Of a stretch of DNA of 64,000 bases, positions 1-11,830 are shown in pieces. The notes under the pieces were generated by a model. The model made no database searches and was not told the origin of the DNA. It saw nothing but the letters and a program-made list of their open reading frames with translations. Each line of letters opens with the position of its first letter. Within the stretch, counting starts at the first letter, position 1. Both the position numbers and the translations under genes were made by a program. The stretch comes from Phaeosaccion multiseriatum (lineage: Eukaryota; Protista; Ochrophyta, other classes), in contig OZ218953.1 in the NCBI GenBank assembly GCA_965112735.1, positions 5,270,001 to 5,334,000 on the forward strand, written 5' to 3'.

Positions 1-112
1 GGTAAGAGGGTAGTCAGCAGGTTCTTCTTTAGCGACCACTCCCAAACTGGCGCTCTCTCGACTGTTGGCCTTCCCCCTCACCTCCACTCTGTAAACCCCG
101 CAACCCCTGCAG

Positions 113-3100
113 GCGATGAGATGGTATTTCTCGGAGACGCCAAGGGATGCCTGACTGTCTCCGATCGAGACTTCCAGCAGCGCACGATGCACAAAGTCTA
201 CAGCAACAGCGTTGTGGCGTGCGCCTATGCGGGCCGGGCCTTGGGGGGGGGGACTGGGCCCTCCTCCAGCAGCAGCGGCAGCAGTCTCAATGCACCCACA
301 AGCGTGTTGGCGACGATGGGCTTTGATGATGAGGAAGAGGACGCTGGTCAGGAGGCGACTGCTCCTGAGAGTGCAGAAAGCAGCGGCAGGGACGGAGTGG
401 CTGAGGCAAAAGGAGGAGGAGGAGGAGGAGGAGGAGGAGGAGGAGGAGGAGGAGGAGGAGGAGGAGCTGCGAGTGGGAGACGTCGCAAGAGTCTCTCTGT
501 AAAGTTGTGGCGCGTGAGCCGCAGCAATCCTCCAGAACTCGGACAGTGCCTGCGGGTGATTGAGGTGGCAGCACCTCCACCCTCGCCAGTGCCGGACGGG
601 GGAGGTGCCCTGGGAACTAGAATTGTGGCTGGCTCAGGAGGAGGAGGAGGGGGGAGGGAGGCGGACGTGATGGGTCTTGCAGTGGACTCGACGGCCTCTC
701 GCATCAGCGTTGGCTTCTCCGACGGCTCAGTGTTTCTGTACGTGGGTTCTGAGCTGCTGAAGCAAGGCACGCCGACTCCCGCCCCGACCATCATCCCGCC
801 CCCCGGGAAGGGCAAGCAAGTAAGGAAGCAAACGGACATGATAATCGATGGCAGTTGTCCTTGGGGCAGGCAAGGAGGAGAGAGGATGGGAGGAGAGAGG
901 AGGAAGTCGAGACAAAAGAGTACGCGTGTTTTTTTTTTTGTCTTCTCTTCTCTGTAGTGGGATTCCCGCGGTTACTCTTCTTGTTCTGCTGGCCTTCTTT
1001 GCTTGCTCTGCTCAACAACAGATGGGGGTGACTTGGCTGCATTTCAGCGAGAAGCCCGCTTCGGTGCGGCTGCTGGTGTGCTACGCAGACAGCACTGCCC
1101 CGCCCAGCAACGACCGCCACTCGTCCTCTGCGCCGCGAGCGCCGGTGCTCCCCTCCCCGGACCAACAGGTCAGAGAGACCGGACAGTGGAGAGCGACTGC
1201 CTCTTTTGTTGTTACCCCCTTCTCTGTCCCCGACTCAGTCAGGTGTGGCGCCATGTCTTCCATCGTTCCCGGACTGCTTTTTCCATGGTGTTCCACTCCC
1301 CCCCCCCCCTCAACAGGGAACGCTCTCGTTTGACTTGTCTCCGCCTCCCTCAATGCCCAATGTTACCGAATGTTACCCAATGCTGCCCAATGCTACCAAC
1401 CCTCTCTGGTCACCACCGACAGGGGATCCTCTCGTTTGAGTGCTTGCAAAACCTCAACCCCGACCCCGTGGTGCTGGATGAGCGTGGCTGTGGCGAGGGC
1501 TGTGCCGCCTTCAGCAAGGCCCGGACGGAGCTCGTGGCGGGGAGGGACGACGGGGTGTATTTCTACTCGCCAGAGGTATGCTTCGCCAAAGGAAGGGGGG
1601 CATAGAATGAGGCTTTTCTGTTTGTCGTCGCCTCTATCGCCCCTAATGGTTGGAGAGAGAGAGATAGTGATGTCAAATATCAACCTAGCAAGCCTAGTTT
1701 TAGTAATGTGGGGCTACTCCTTTCCTAAGCTGCTTACCTACGCCTCTTTGCTCTTGCTGCTCCCCTTACGTGCACCCTTACGTCCACCACTTTCCCTATG
1801 CCCCTCCCCTCACGTGCACCCTGGCTTCATTCACCCTTCACCCTTGGGGGATGAAAGGATCGCGGAGGGGCGGCGGGCTTCGAGGGCGAGAAGCAGAGCA
1901 TCGGCTGTCTGGGCAGCGGCTATCTGTTCGTCTCCAGCAGTGACAAGAGGAGCGAGAGAACGGCCATCAACATCTACGACCTTGATAACAAGTAAGGCCT
2001 CCCTTCCTTCTCTTCTTTTTCGTCTTCTGTCTTCCCTCTTGCCTTGTCTGGACTCGCTAGGTGCTTTTTAATGTGTAGAAAAGAACTACCTGCGCTTCAT
2101 CTCTCTCTCACTGCACCTCTCTTCGCTCACGTCCCCCGCTGCCCCCCTGTTGCTCCAGGTTCGTGTCGTTCCACCTGCTCCTGCCCCCTCGTCAAGTGGT
2201 CACACACGTGGCCTGCCTGGATTCAACTTCAACCCAAGGCAATGGAGATGGAGAGGACGCACGAAATTGCGCTTACGTCGTCACTTCTCAGATCTCATTG
2301 ATGCGCCTTCGTGAGAAGGTGGGTCTTTCTGTCTGTTGGCCAAGCACCGCCCCTGCCCGCCTGATGCCCCCCTGGGTAGTGTAGGGCTGTAGGGTGTTGG
2401 GGGTGTGTCATTCCCACCCCCCTCCCCTTCTGTGGGGGAGGAGGTGAAATGAGTCAAGTCTCACGTGTGTGGCCTTCCGCGTATGCATACTTTCTTCCGT
2501 GTGAGTGATGTCTCTCGCCTTGCTTTTGACGGCCTTCTGCCCGCCCGCCCTCTCTCCTCCCCTCTGTTTTCACCTGTGTGCGTTTGTGTCCCTCCTCCCT
2601 CCTCCCTCATCCTTTGGGTGGGTGCAGAGCACTTCGAGCAAGCTGGAGCTGCTCTTTCGCAAGAACCTGTATCCAATCGCCATCTCTCTGGCGTACTCTG
2701 CCAGCTGCGACGTGGATGTGAGAATGGATGCCTCCGTCCCTCCGTCCCTCCCTCCCTCCGTCCGTCCGTCCCCCCCTACCCTTCCTCCCTTCCTCTCTCC
2801 CTCCCTCCCTCCCTCCCTCCCTCGCACCCTCCCTCACTCCCTCCCTCCCCTCCCTCCCTCTCCTTCAGGTGATGATGGATGCCTACTGCCTCTACGCCGA
2901 CCACCTTTACACCAAATGCGACTATCCCGGTGCCATTGAGCAGTACTGTCACACCATCGGCCATCTCGACAGCTCGCGTGTCATTCGCAAGTTCCTAGAC
3001 GCCCAGCGCATCCCTCACCTGACCACTTACTTGGAGAGGCTGCACGAGGTGGGTGGGTAGTTAGTATGTCCATGGGTGGGTGGATAGGTGGGTGGGCGTG

Positions 3101-6100
3101 AGGACAGAGGGGGGGTGGGTGGGTGGTAAGACAGGGGGTGGGTGGATAGGTGGGAGTCAGGACAGAGGGTGGGTGGGCGGGTGGGTTGGTGTTCGAGACA
3201 GAGAGTGGGTGGGTGGGTGGGTGTCAGGACAGAGGGTGGGTTGGTGGATGAGTGGGTGCTTTCTTGCGAGGATTGTTGGGTGGGCCAGTCAGGGAGAGAG
3301 GGAGGAGTGGATGAGACCAGAGAGGCATGCATACGCTGACAGCACCTTCATTCATGGCTTCCTTATACCCCCCCACCCCACCCCATTCGCCCCAATCAAT
3401 CATTCTCTTTGTGATAATTTGTTTTGTCAGACCGGGCACGCGACGGCGGACCACACAACGCTGCTGCTGAACTGCTACACGAAGCTCAAGGACGTAGACA
3501 AGCTCGACCGGTTCGTCAGCATGCAGGTGGGGATGGTAGCAACTGGTGGTCCTGGTGGATGTTGGACAGGGTCTGTCAAGTGAATCTGAAACTAACCCTC
3601 CCCAGACTACCGAAAAGAAACGCACTACACCGTATGCATACTCACCCCCCCCCCCCCCTGGTCCCTCCCACGCGCCTCGTTACTGTCTGGGGCGAACACA
3701 CACACACATACACACACACCCCGTCCTCAGAGCCCACAGAACCACACCGCTGGCACATCCTCCTCGGCCGAGGCAAGCGGCGCTGCTTCCGTCGGGGTGG
3801 GTGGTCCTGGAGGAGGAGGACGGGTGATCGCTCCACCGGCCTTCGACATTGAAGTCGCGGTGAATGTTCTCAGGGTTGCGGGGTACTTGGACCACGCTGC
3901 TCGCCTGGCCAAGAGGCAGGGGGCGCATGAGGCGTATGTCAAAGTGCTGTTGGGGGCAACCTCACCGGACTACGCCACGGCACTCGACTATATCAGTCAT
4001 CTGCCCTTCGTATTGGCACAGGAGTTGCTGTACAGGTGAGCGGGAAGGGGGAGCGGAGGAGGAGGAGGAGGAGGAGGAGGGGGGGGGGGAGGAGGACGAC
4101 GACGACGAGGAGGACGAGGAGGACGAAGTGGAGGGGGGAGGGGATGGAGGAGGGAACAACAATGGGGAGGTTGCAGATACGTACGAGGTCTTGGGAAAGA
4201 AAATGGCAGTTTGAGGGGCGGTGAGTGCTTCAGTATGCATGTGTTAGGATGGATTGGTATTGCAAACTCGGGGACTCCTTGAGGGTCAAGTGGACCATCC
4301 CGAGGGCTTGAAGCAACGCATATCATACATACACACACGCGCGCACACACTCACACACACAGGTATGGCAAGCCGCTGCTCTCTCACCTGCCCAAGGAGA
4401 CCACAGGGGTGGTCATGACCTTGTGCACTGGAGAGCACCTCGGCAACAAAGATAGAAACAGCAGTAGCAGTAGCAGCAGCAGCAGCAGTAGCAGCAGCGT
4501 TGCCGACCCGGAGCAGTTCATCCCGCTCTTCCTAGGGGCGCCGAAGTGGCTGGCACTGTTCCTGCAGTACGTGATTCGCAAAACGGGCAAGGCTTCTCCG
4601 ACGGTGGCCAACACGCTGCTGGACCTGCTGCTGAGGGAGTGGAAGGAGCTGAAAGATGCTGTGGGGAGTGTCAGGCTCAAGGAGTATGAAGAGCAGCAGC
4701 AGCAGAAGCAGGGCAGGGGGAGGAGGCAAGGACAAGGATTACAGCAGCAAGAGCACCAACAGCATGCGGAGCCGGAGGTCATGGGAGGAACCTCCTCCTC
4801 CTCCTCTTCTTCTTCTTCTTCTTCTTCTTCCGTGGCCGAGAAGGCTGCCAGATGCATGGCAAGGAGAGATGACATTATGGCCTTGCTGGAGAACCCCAGG
4901 ATGCAGCACGATATGAACCACGCCCTGGTCCTCGCGGAGATGCTGGGCTTCACTCCTGGACAGATTTATCTGTACGATCGTCTGCACCTCACCGATCTTG
5001 TTTTGGAGCATCATATGAACGAGGAGGACGTGAAAAACGCGATTCGAATGTGCAGGAAGGAAGGAAGGAAGAAGCCCGATGTGTGGGCACAAGTGCTGTC
5101 CTTCGTCGTCAAGCGGCACGAAACCAAGCACCGGCAGCAGCAGCAGCGGCAGCAGGAGCTGTTAGGGCAGAGTCTGGAAGACCCTGGTGGTGGGGATGGG
5201 ACAGCAGTACTAGCAGCGGCAGCAGGAGAGGGAGGGGGCCGGGGAAGGGGAGGATCACCTGCGAGTGACGGCAAGCTGGAGCGAGCAGAAGGGGGGGGAG
5301 AAGCGGCAGGAGGAGATCCAGCGCTACGGACAGCAGCCGCCGCGACAGCAGCTGCGTATGATGACGTCAGGGAGGTGCTGGCGTTGATCGAGCAAGAGGG
5401 AGTCCTGCCGCCGGTGCAGGTGCTCCACATCTTGTCGGCCAACCCAGTGCTGCCGCTGAGCGTGTGGAGAGAGGCAGTGGGAAAGCGCCTGAGCGCCTGT
5501 AAGAAGGACATTGAGGTGCATGCTGGAGAAACCAGAGAGCTCAGAGCGAGGTGCGTGTGTGTGTGTGTGCGTGAGCCGCCTCCATCGAGCACCATCCTCT
5601 TTCTGTCCACCACTCATCGCCTCACGCCGATCTGCCCCCAACCTCCTCTCCACCCTCCTTGACGTGTCTGCTCCGGCCCTGCTCTCTGCGTCATGTTGCG
5701 TGGGCGTTGTGGTGATGTGTGCCTGCTCTGCCCTTCCCTGCCCTGCCTGCGTGCCGGGCTGAATCTCGCCACTTTCGGATCCATCCAGCACGAAGGAGAT
5801 GAGGGAAGAGATCCAAGCGCTGAGAGAAAGAGAGCTCTCCCTCTCCTCTTCCCGCCCCGTTCCCGCCGCCGCAGTGGCGCTGGAGCTTCCTCTGCCGATG
5901 ATACTTAAAGCACAGGAAGAAGCAGAAGCTAGAGGAGGAGGGGGGGGAGGGGGGGGGGGAGGCACGGCGGGCTCGGCGTTTGGGGAAGACCGCAAGTTTC
6001 GAGACATCAAGCGACTGCAGCAAGCCAAGGCGGGCGACCACGAGCAATTCTTCAAAGACTTGGAGGAGGCCACGGACAGCTTTAAGCAGGTCGTCACCTA

Positions 6101-6125
6101 CTTCGGCCACAGCATCATGGGTTAG
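113..6125 (+). CDS. VPS11: Vacuolar protein sorting 11 (HOPS/CORVET subunit), multi-exon, 5' end upstream of window. Exons approx 113-819, 1022-1168, 1423-1575, 1858-1991, 2159-2318, 2628-2717, 2869-3048, 3431-3526, 3731-4035, 4363-5550, 5789-6125
   Basis: The spliced translation contains Vps11 hallmark segments KLELLFRKNLYPIAISLA, YADHLYTKCDYPGAIEQYCHTIGHLDSSRVIRKFLDAQRIPHLTTYLERLH, ATADHTTLLLNCYTKLKDVDKLDRF and a C-terminal HEQFFKDLEEATDSFKQVVTYFG. GT-AG junctions are phase-consistent where checked. Confidence 0.95.
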
Positions 6126-7249
6126 AAAAAGGGGGAGAGGGCGGCTGTTTTTTTCAATATTCCTATGTTGCGATTCTAATCTATGAACCTGAAACTGAAA
6201 CTGGAACTGCGGAGCCCGAAGCGTCAATTTTTTTGTCTGACTGCCCAGCACGCCCGCACCCGCCCCCGCTTGCCTGAACTGAACAGAGCAGGAATGCAAA
6301 GTCTGCGCACCCACAGTCTCCCTGCCGCACCATCCCTTGTCCTTTGCAGTTTTTTTCAGTTGAAGCTATCAACAAGAGAGGGCCAAAAGCATGGAAGCGT
6401 CTGAGCCGAAGACTCGGGAGGATCCAAGCGTGCCCAGGGCGGCTTCCACTGAACATCTCTTGACTCTCTCTTTGGTCATACATAGCGAACGCTCCTTCTT
6501 GTCCGTTGCCAGCACTGGCCACTGGTCTCGACTGGTGATCCACCGGAAGCTAGAAAATGGAATTGAAACTGCGGGGTCTCGCCAGAGACCAGCGGGCCGT
6601 GACTTACGCAGCCGCTGAGCGAGCGCCCCCGTGTCCTGCGCATCCTAGCTCTTCCTCACCACCTTCCTCTCCATCACAACACCGTTGCTTCCATATCCAC
6701 TCCCACGTCACCCCTCGTACCGTCTTTCTCTTCTCGGGCACCCCCACCATCACCATCAAGTGTTGCTCCCCACGCACCCTCGTATCTCAAACAGTAGGGG
6801 TAGTGACTACCGCTTGCGGGGGGGGGAGCCCTGGCGTCCTCGTGCCTTGCATAGCAGTGAGGAGCCGTCGCCTCTCATCACCCGCCGCACCCCGCAGACG
6901 ATCCGCTCACCTGTCGACTGAGATTTCCGCGGCGAACGCTGTGCGAACGTCACGCGTCATGGGGTGAAAATTTGAGGCGGGAAAATCAAGAATAACGGGT
7001 GCCAAAAACTTAAATTTCTCCATAATTTTGATTGATCGACGAGAGGATGTCCGGACCCAAATGACCCCTTGTCGCTCCTCACCATCAGTTAAAGGGCAGT
7101 CTTTCCACTCCCATGCGTGGCACTCAGTAAACTGACCTCGGGTTACGTTTGAGGAAGGAGTTGAGCGACTGGCCGCAGACAGCAGCAGCAGGCGAGAGAG
7201 GAGCGAAGAGGGTGAAAAGATTAAGGAACCACGTTTCCAAGCCATCATC

Positions 7250-10200
7250 ATGACCTTCCGGTGGAGTTGGGCAGTCACGCTATGCTCGATGAGCAGCATG
7301 TGCCTGCTGCTTCTGCTGGCAGGAGCTCCATTAGCCACCGCCCAGGAGACGCGGCCCTTGCCCTGGAGGACAGCGCTGCATGCGGCGGCAACAGCATTGG
7401 GTGAAGAGGAAGAAGGAAGGGTGTTGGAAGGACGGACAGTAATCACTCAGCTCCGCCTCGACTCGACCAAGGGTCCTGCCAACACGGTCGTGCATCCCGT
7501 GGATCGAGACGGTAGTGACGGCAGCGGCAGGAGACTGGCGCGTGGCTGTGACTACTCTGCTTTATTCGACGTGACGTTTAGGCCCAGCACGGATCCCAAC
7601 TACCAGCTCGCGGTCGACGCAAGCGAAGAAGCTCTCTGCATGTGGGCCGATGCCGTTGAGCCTGGAGCAGAGCCCATCAAACTCCGCCTCAGCCCTGGGG
7701 CGGATCTCGTGGCCTTGTATGGAAGTGCCTTCGACAAGGCCCTCGCCGTGGCCACCGCGGATTGGATTCCGACCCTCGTGCGTACCGGCCCCAACCCCAA
7801 CGGGTTGCTGGTGGACTTCTCCCCTGCCATGCTCCGGTGAGCAGTGCGTGGGCGGTCGCAACTCTCCCCACCTCCTCCTCCTGGTTTGAGCGGATATCTT
7901 GAGCGAGAGCATCCGTGAGAATGAAGCTAAGTGGGCGCCTCCGCCCTCCTCCTTCCCTCTCTTTTGCCCATGCCTTGGACAGGTACTCTGGAGACTTGGG
8001 CAGTAACCGGCCGCAGTTTGATTCAGAGATCAGCTTCAGCAAGGACTTTAACTTCCACTACGGACCTGGCGAGGACATTGGTTCCGGTGAGGTAAGAAGG
8101 TGCCTGCCGAGAGATCGTCGGAGGAGGAGGAGGACGAGGAGGAACGTGCTGCCGACCTATTCTTTTGTAGCATGATGCTGGCTGCTGGTGGTGGGAAGTG
8201 GCGGCCGGCTTCTGCTGCTCTCTGGGGCGGAATATGTTATTTTTTTTCGTGGTAGTGACCTTTTATGTGGTTAGTCGGGATGATGACCTTCTGTGTGGAT
8301 ATGGAGCAACGTCTGCCTGTGAGATGGGGAGGAGGAGGAGGAGGAGGAGGAGGAGGAGGAGGAGGAGGAGGAGGAGGAGGAAGGGGTGCCCGTCCGACCC
8401 TTTACGTGCTACCGACCTACTCCCCGGCAGCATCCTACTGGCCGGCGGCGGTGGCAGGTGGCAGACCCCTGATGCTGGCAACACTCGTGTGGAAGTATAG
8501 TGACCTTCCGGGGTTGATAGCGTGTAGTAGGTAGCGGCCTTCTCGGTGGATAGGGAGCAACGCGTGCCTGTGAGATGGGGAGGAGGAGGAGGAGGAGGAG
8601 GAGGAGGAGGAGGAGGAGGAGGAGGAGGAGGAGGAGGAGGAGGAGGAAGGGGTGCCCGTCCGACCCTTGACGTGCTGCCGACAGGTGGCAGGCCGGCTGA
8701 TGCTGGCAACACTCTTGTGGAGACAAAGTGACCTTCCTAGGTGATAGTGGGTGGACAGTGAGTGGCCTTTTGGGTGGATAGAGAGCGGCGTGTGACTGTG
8801 AGATGGGGACGGACACGCGCCCGTTCGACCCCTGACGTGCTGCCGATCTACTCTTGGGCAGCAACGGTAGCCGGCCTGACTACCACCAGCAGTAACAGGT
8901 AGCGGCAGGCCGCCCGTCAGGGGTCGAGCCCGTGCTGTATCATTTCTCTCCCAGCAGCAGCCAGTGACTGCAGTACCAACCAACCACCCCCCCTCACCGC
9001 CTCACCCGCCTCTGCAGATTGACTTTGTGTCGGTTATGAGCCACGAGATTGGCCACGCCATGGGCTTCTCTGTTCCCCTTGAGGTGGACGGCCAGAACAA
9101 CCCGTACTGGTTCAACTACGGCGCGGTGAGTAGAGCAGAGCCCCAAGTGTTTGGGCGGGGGGAGTGGGGAGTGTTCAGGGGTGTTTGTACCCAATTTCCA
9201 CCCCCTCGCTCACGCCTTCGTGACACACACTCATCCCATCTGTACCTGATCTGTTCGCTTGCTCCTCTCAGGCGGTCAACAACTACCAGGGGTCCAATTT
9301 CAACCTGCTCCTCACAGCGGGCACGGGAGGGCTTCAGCTCAATCCCTCCAACTTCCCTGCCTCGAGGGGCTCCAGCAACCCCATCTTCACAACCAACTCT
9401 CTGTGCTTGCCAGACGGACCAAGTAAGTTGATATTGGCATCGGCCCACATCTTACGTGCGTGTGCTGCTGCCGGCGTCCACTCGGTTTCTCCGCCTGGTC
9501 TGGCTTGCGAGTACTGCGGCCGTCATCCACTAGGCCTCTTCGCCCAGTCAGACACTATCTTGCTTGTAACTGCTGCTGCCGGTATCCATTCGACTTCTTC
9601 GCCCAGCCAGATCATTCCCATCTCGCATTCTCGCACCCTCTCTCTCTCTTCTAACCCCCCCTCCCTCTTCTCTCCCCTGCTTCTCCTCTTGTCTTTCTTA
9701 GCAAACACGTGTATCCCCATGTACACTCCTTCGAGTTACATCCCCGGATCCTCCATTGCCCACTTTGATGAGGGCTACTTCACCACCGGCTCGATCAACT
9801 CCCTCCTGACCCCAGAGATCCTGCCGCAGGAGGTCATCCGCTGCGTGGGAAGCCTCACCCTGAGGGTCTTTGAGAAGCTGGGCTATGTGCTCTCCACAGA
9901 CTGCAGGAGCACATGCTCCAACCCCACCACTGGGGAGGTGGACGCCGGGTGCGGAGTTACTCTCGACACGGCCCCTGAAGTGGTGAGTGAGTGGTATTCT
10001 CTCCTCTGCCAACTCGAGTTGATGTCCATGGCCACGACTTTCGTATACTTGTTCCTGACTACTGCCTGACTGACTGCCTGACTGACTGCCCGACTGCCTC
10101 GACCCTCCTCGCTCCTCTTCCTTCCATGTCCACCCCTGTCCTGTATCTATCTCAGACCTCTAATCCTCCGGCGACGGGGTGCGCAGACTGCGATGAGTGC

Positions 10201-10947
10201 TCAAGCGGGTGTGCAGGGCAAGGCAACACATGTTTCTTAGACCCCACCTGCGCCAATGGTGGCTTGGGCTGCAACCAGCTTGGCATCCCCAACTGCAGAG
10301 CTTGCGAGTTTGGTCCGTATCGCAGCATTGAGTGTCTGGGGTGCCAAGGAGGAGGAGATTGCCCAGCGGGGGGCCCCAGGACCACGCCTTCCACTCCGGC
10401 TTCACCTCCTCCGCCCTCTGGAGGTGGAACGGTGAACTGTGCGGAGCTTGGGTGGGCTGGCAGCTGTGAAGCCATCACGGACGCCTCGTCGTGCCGATGC
10501 TGGGCTGCCTCTTCCTTCGGCTGCTCGTGGTCAGGTGGCGCCTGTAGCGATGGTAGCGGTGCCCCCTCACCGGCCACTGCCCCCTCGCCGGCCACCGCCC
10601 CGAGCTCGCCCAGAACCGAAGGAAATGAAGGTGGGACGGTGAACTGTGCGGAGCTTGGGTGGGCTGGCAGCTGTGAAGCCATCATGGACGCCTCGTCGTG
10701 CCGATGCTGGACTGCCTCCTCCTTCGGCTGCTCGTGGTCAGGTGGCGCCTGTAGCGATGGTAGCGGTGCCCCGTCGCCTGCCACCCAGTCTTCACCTCCT
10801 CCGCCCTCGGGGGGGGGGGGGACGAACTGTGCGACGCTCGGGTGGGCAGGCAGCTGTGAAGCATTCACGAGCGCCGCTTCATGCAGGTGTTGGAGCGCCT
10901 CGTCCTTCGCGTGCACGTGGGGCGGCAGACAGCGAGGGTGCTTTTAG
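7250..10947 (+). CDS. Secreted zinc metalloprotease with C-terminal Cys-rich repeats. Exons approx 7250-7836, 7983-8091, 9018-9125, 9272-9422, 9702-9983, 10156-10947
   Basis: Hydrophobic signal peptide (MCLLLLLAGAPLATA); IDFVSVMSHEIGHAMGF zinc motif (HEIGH 9042-9056); downstream MYTPSSYIPGSSIAHFDE...NSLLTP...TLRVFEKLGY; Cys-rich tail; phase-consistent introns. Confidence 0.85.
8294..8850. repeat. Degenerate tandem repeat (about 3 copies, 230-250 bp period) containing (GGA)n tracts, inside intron 2 of the protease
   Basis: GTGGATA..GAGC..CG..TG.CTGTGAGATGGGG starts at ~8294, ~8546 and ~8774. Copies 1 and 2 also share AAGGGGTGCCCGTCCGACCC and GATGCTGGCAACACTC.TGTGGA...AGTGACCTTCC. Confidence 0.85.
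10429..10944 (+). repeat. Three coding copies of a ~40-aa Cys/Trp module (TVNCAELGWAGSCEAITDASSCRCWAASSFGCSWSGGACS)
   Basis: Near-identical DNA copies at ~10429 and ~10636 (207 bp apart) and a more diverged copy at ~10822, separated by Pro/Ser/Thr linkers. Confidence 0.95.
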
Positions 10948-11221
10948 CGGCCAGGGCCCTGCCGGGTACATGGGGGTGTCTCTTGTGGCGCCTCCGTAGT
11001 GGAGTCGGCGATTGTATCATATTTGTGGCGATTGTATCAATATGTGGTTTGTGTGGTTAACGCGCCGAACGCGAGGCCTTGCGCCTTGAGCCTTGGCGAT
11101 TGGAGGGGGGGGGGGGGGTGATTATTTATTTATTGGGTGAGCGTATGATCTAATATATCTAATATCTAATATACGGAGCGCAGTCGTGCTCCAACTACAT
11201 GTAACTGAGAGGGTGGCAGTG

Positions 11222-11521
11222 GAGGGAGTGAGTGAGTGGGTGCATGCGTGAGGGTGAGTGAGTGAGTGAGTGGGCTCATCCGTGAATGAGTGGATGAGAG
11301 TGCGTGCGTGAGTGAGTGAGTGAAGTGAGGGGTGAGTGAAGTGAGCGAGTGAGTGACTGAGTGCGTGAGTGAGGTAGTGAGTGCGTGAGTGGGAGAGAGG
11401 AGTGAGTGAGTGAGTGAGTGAGTGAGTGAGTGAGTGAGTGAGTAAGTGAGTCAAGTGAGTGAGTGCGTGAGTGCGTGAGTGAGTGAGTGAGAGTGAGCGA
11501 GGGAGTGAGTGAAGTGAGTGA
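11222..11521. repeat. Long imperfect (GAGT)n microsatellite, intergenic
   Basis: About 300 bp of gagtgagtgagt with variants. Confidence 0.95.
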
Positions 11522-11830
11522 GGCGAGCATTCCGGCGGACTTGCCGTGCCTTACTCGACCTTACGGACGCGACCGGGCTGCGCGACGAATGCACCAATCG
11601 GGTGTGGAGCCCATCTCGTGACCAATGGCAACCCTTTGTGTCACTTCTGCAGCGGCTTCTACGGAGCCTGCCCTTCTTCCTCTTCGGAACTCGGTACCCG
11701 CCCCCGCCAACAATCCCCTCTCCCCTCTCCCCTCCTCCAAAGTGAGCGGTTTTGGGTACCGCCGGAGGGGGGGGCCCAACTCCTACCACCATCTTTCCTG
11801 GCCGTGGCGTTCAATTTGCAATTAAAAAAC

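Noticed and set aside
6181-7100. Possible small minus-strand gene between VPS11 and the protease
   Set aside because: Only a donor-like site near 6910 and short ORFs with no recognisable motif; unsupported without RNA data.
11122-11792. THSL-repeat ORFs
   Set aside because: They are translations of the (GAGT)n microsatellite, which is also not a telomeric repeat.
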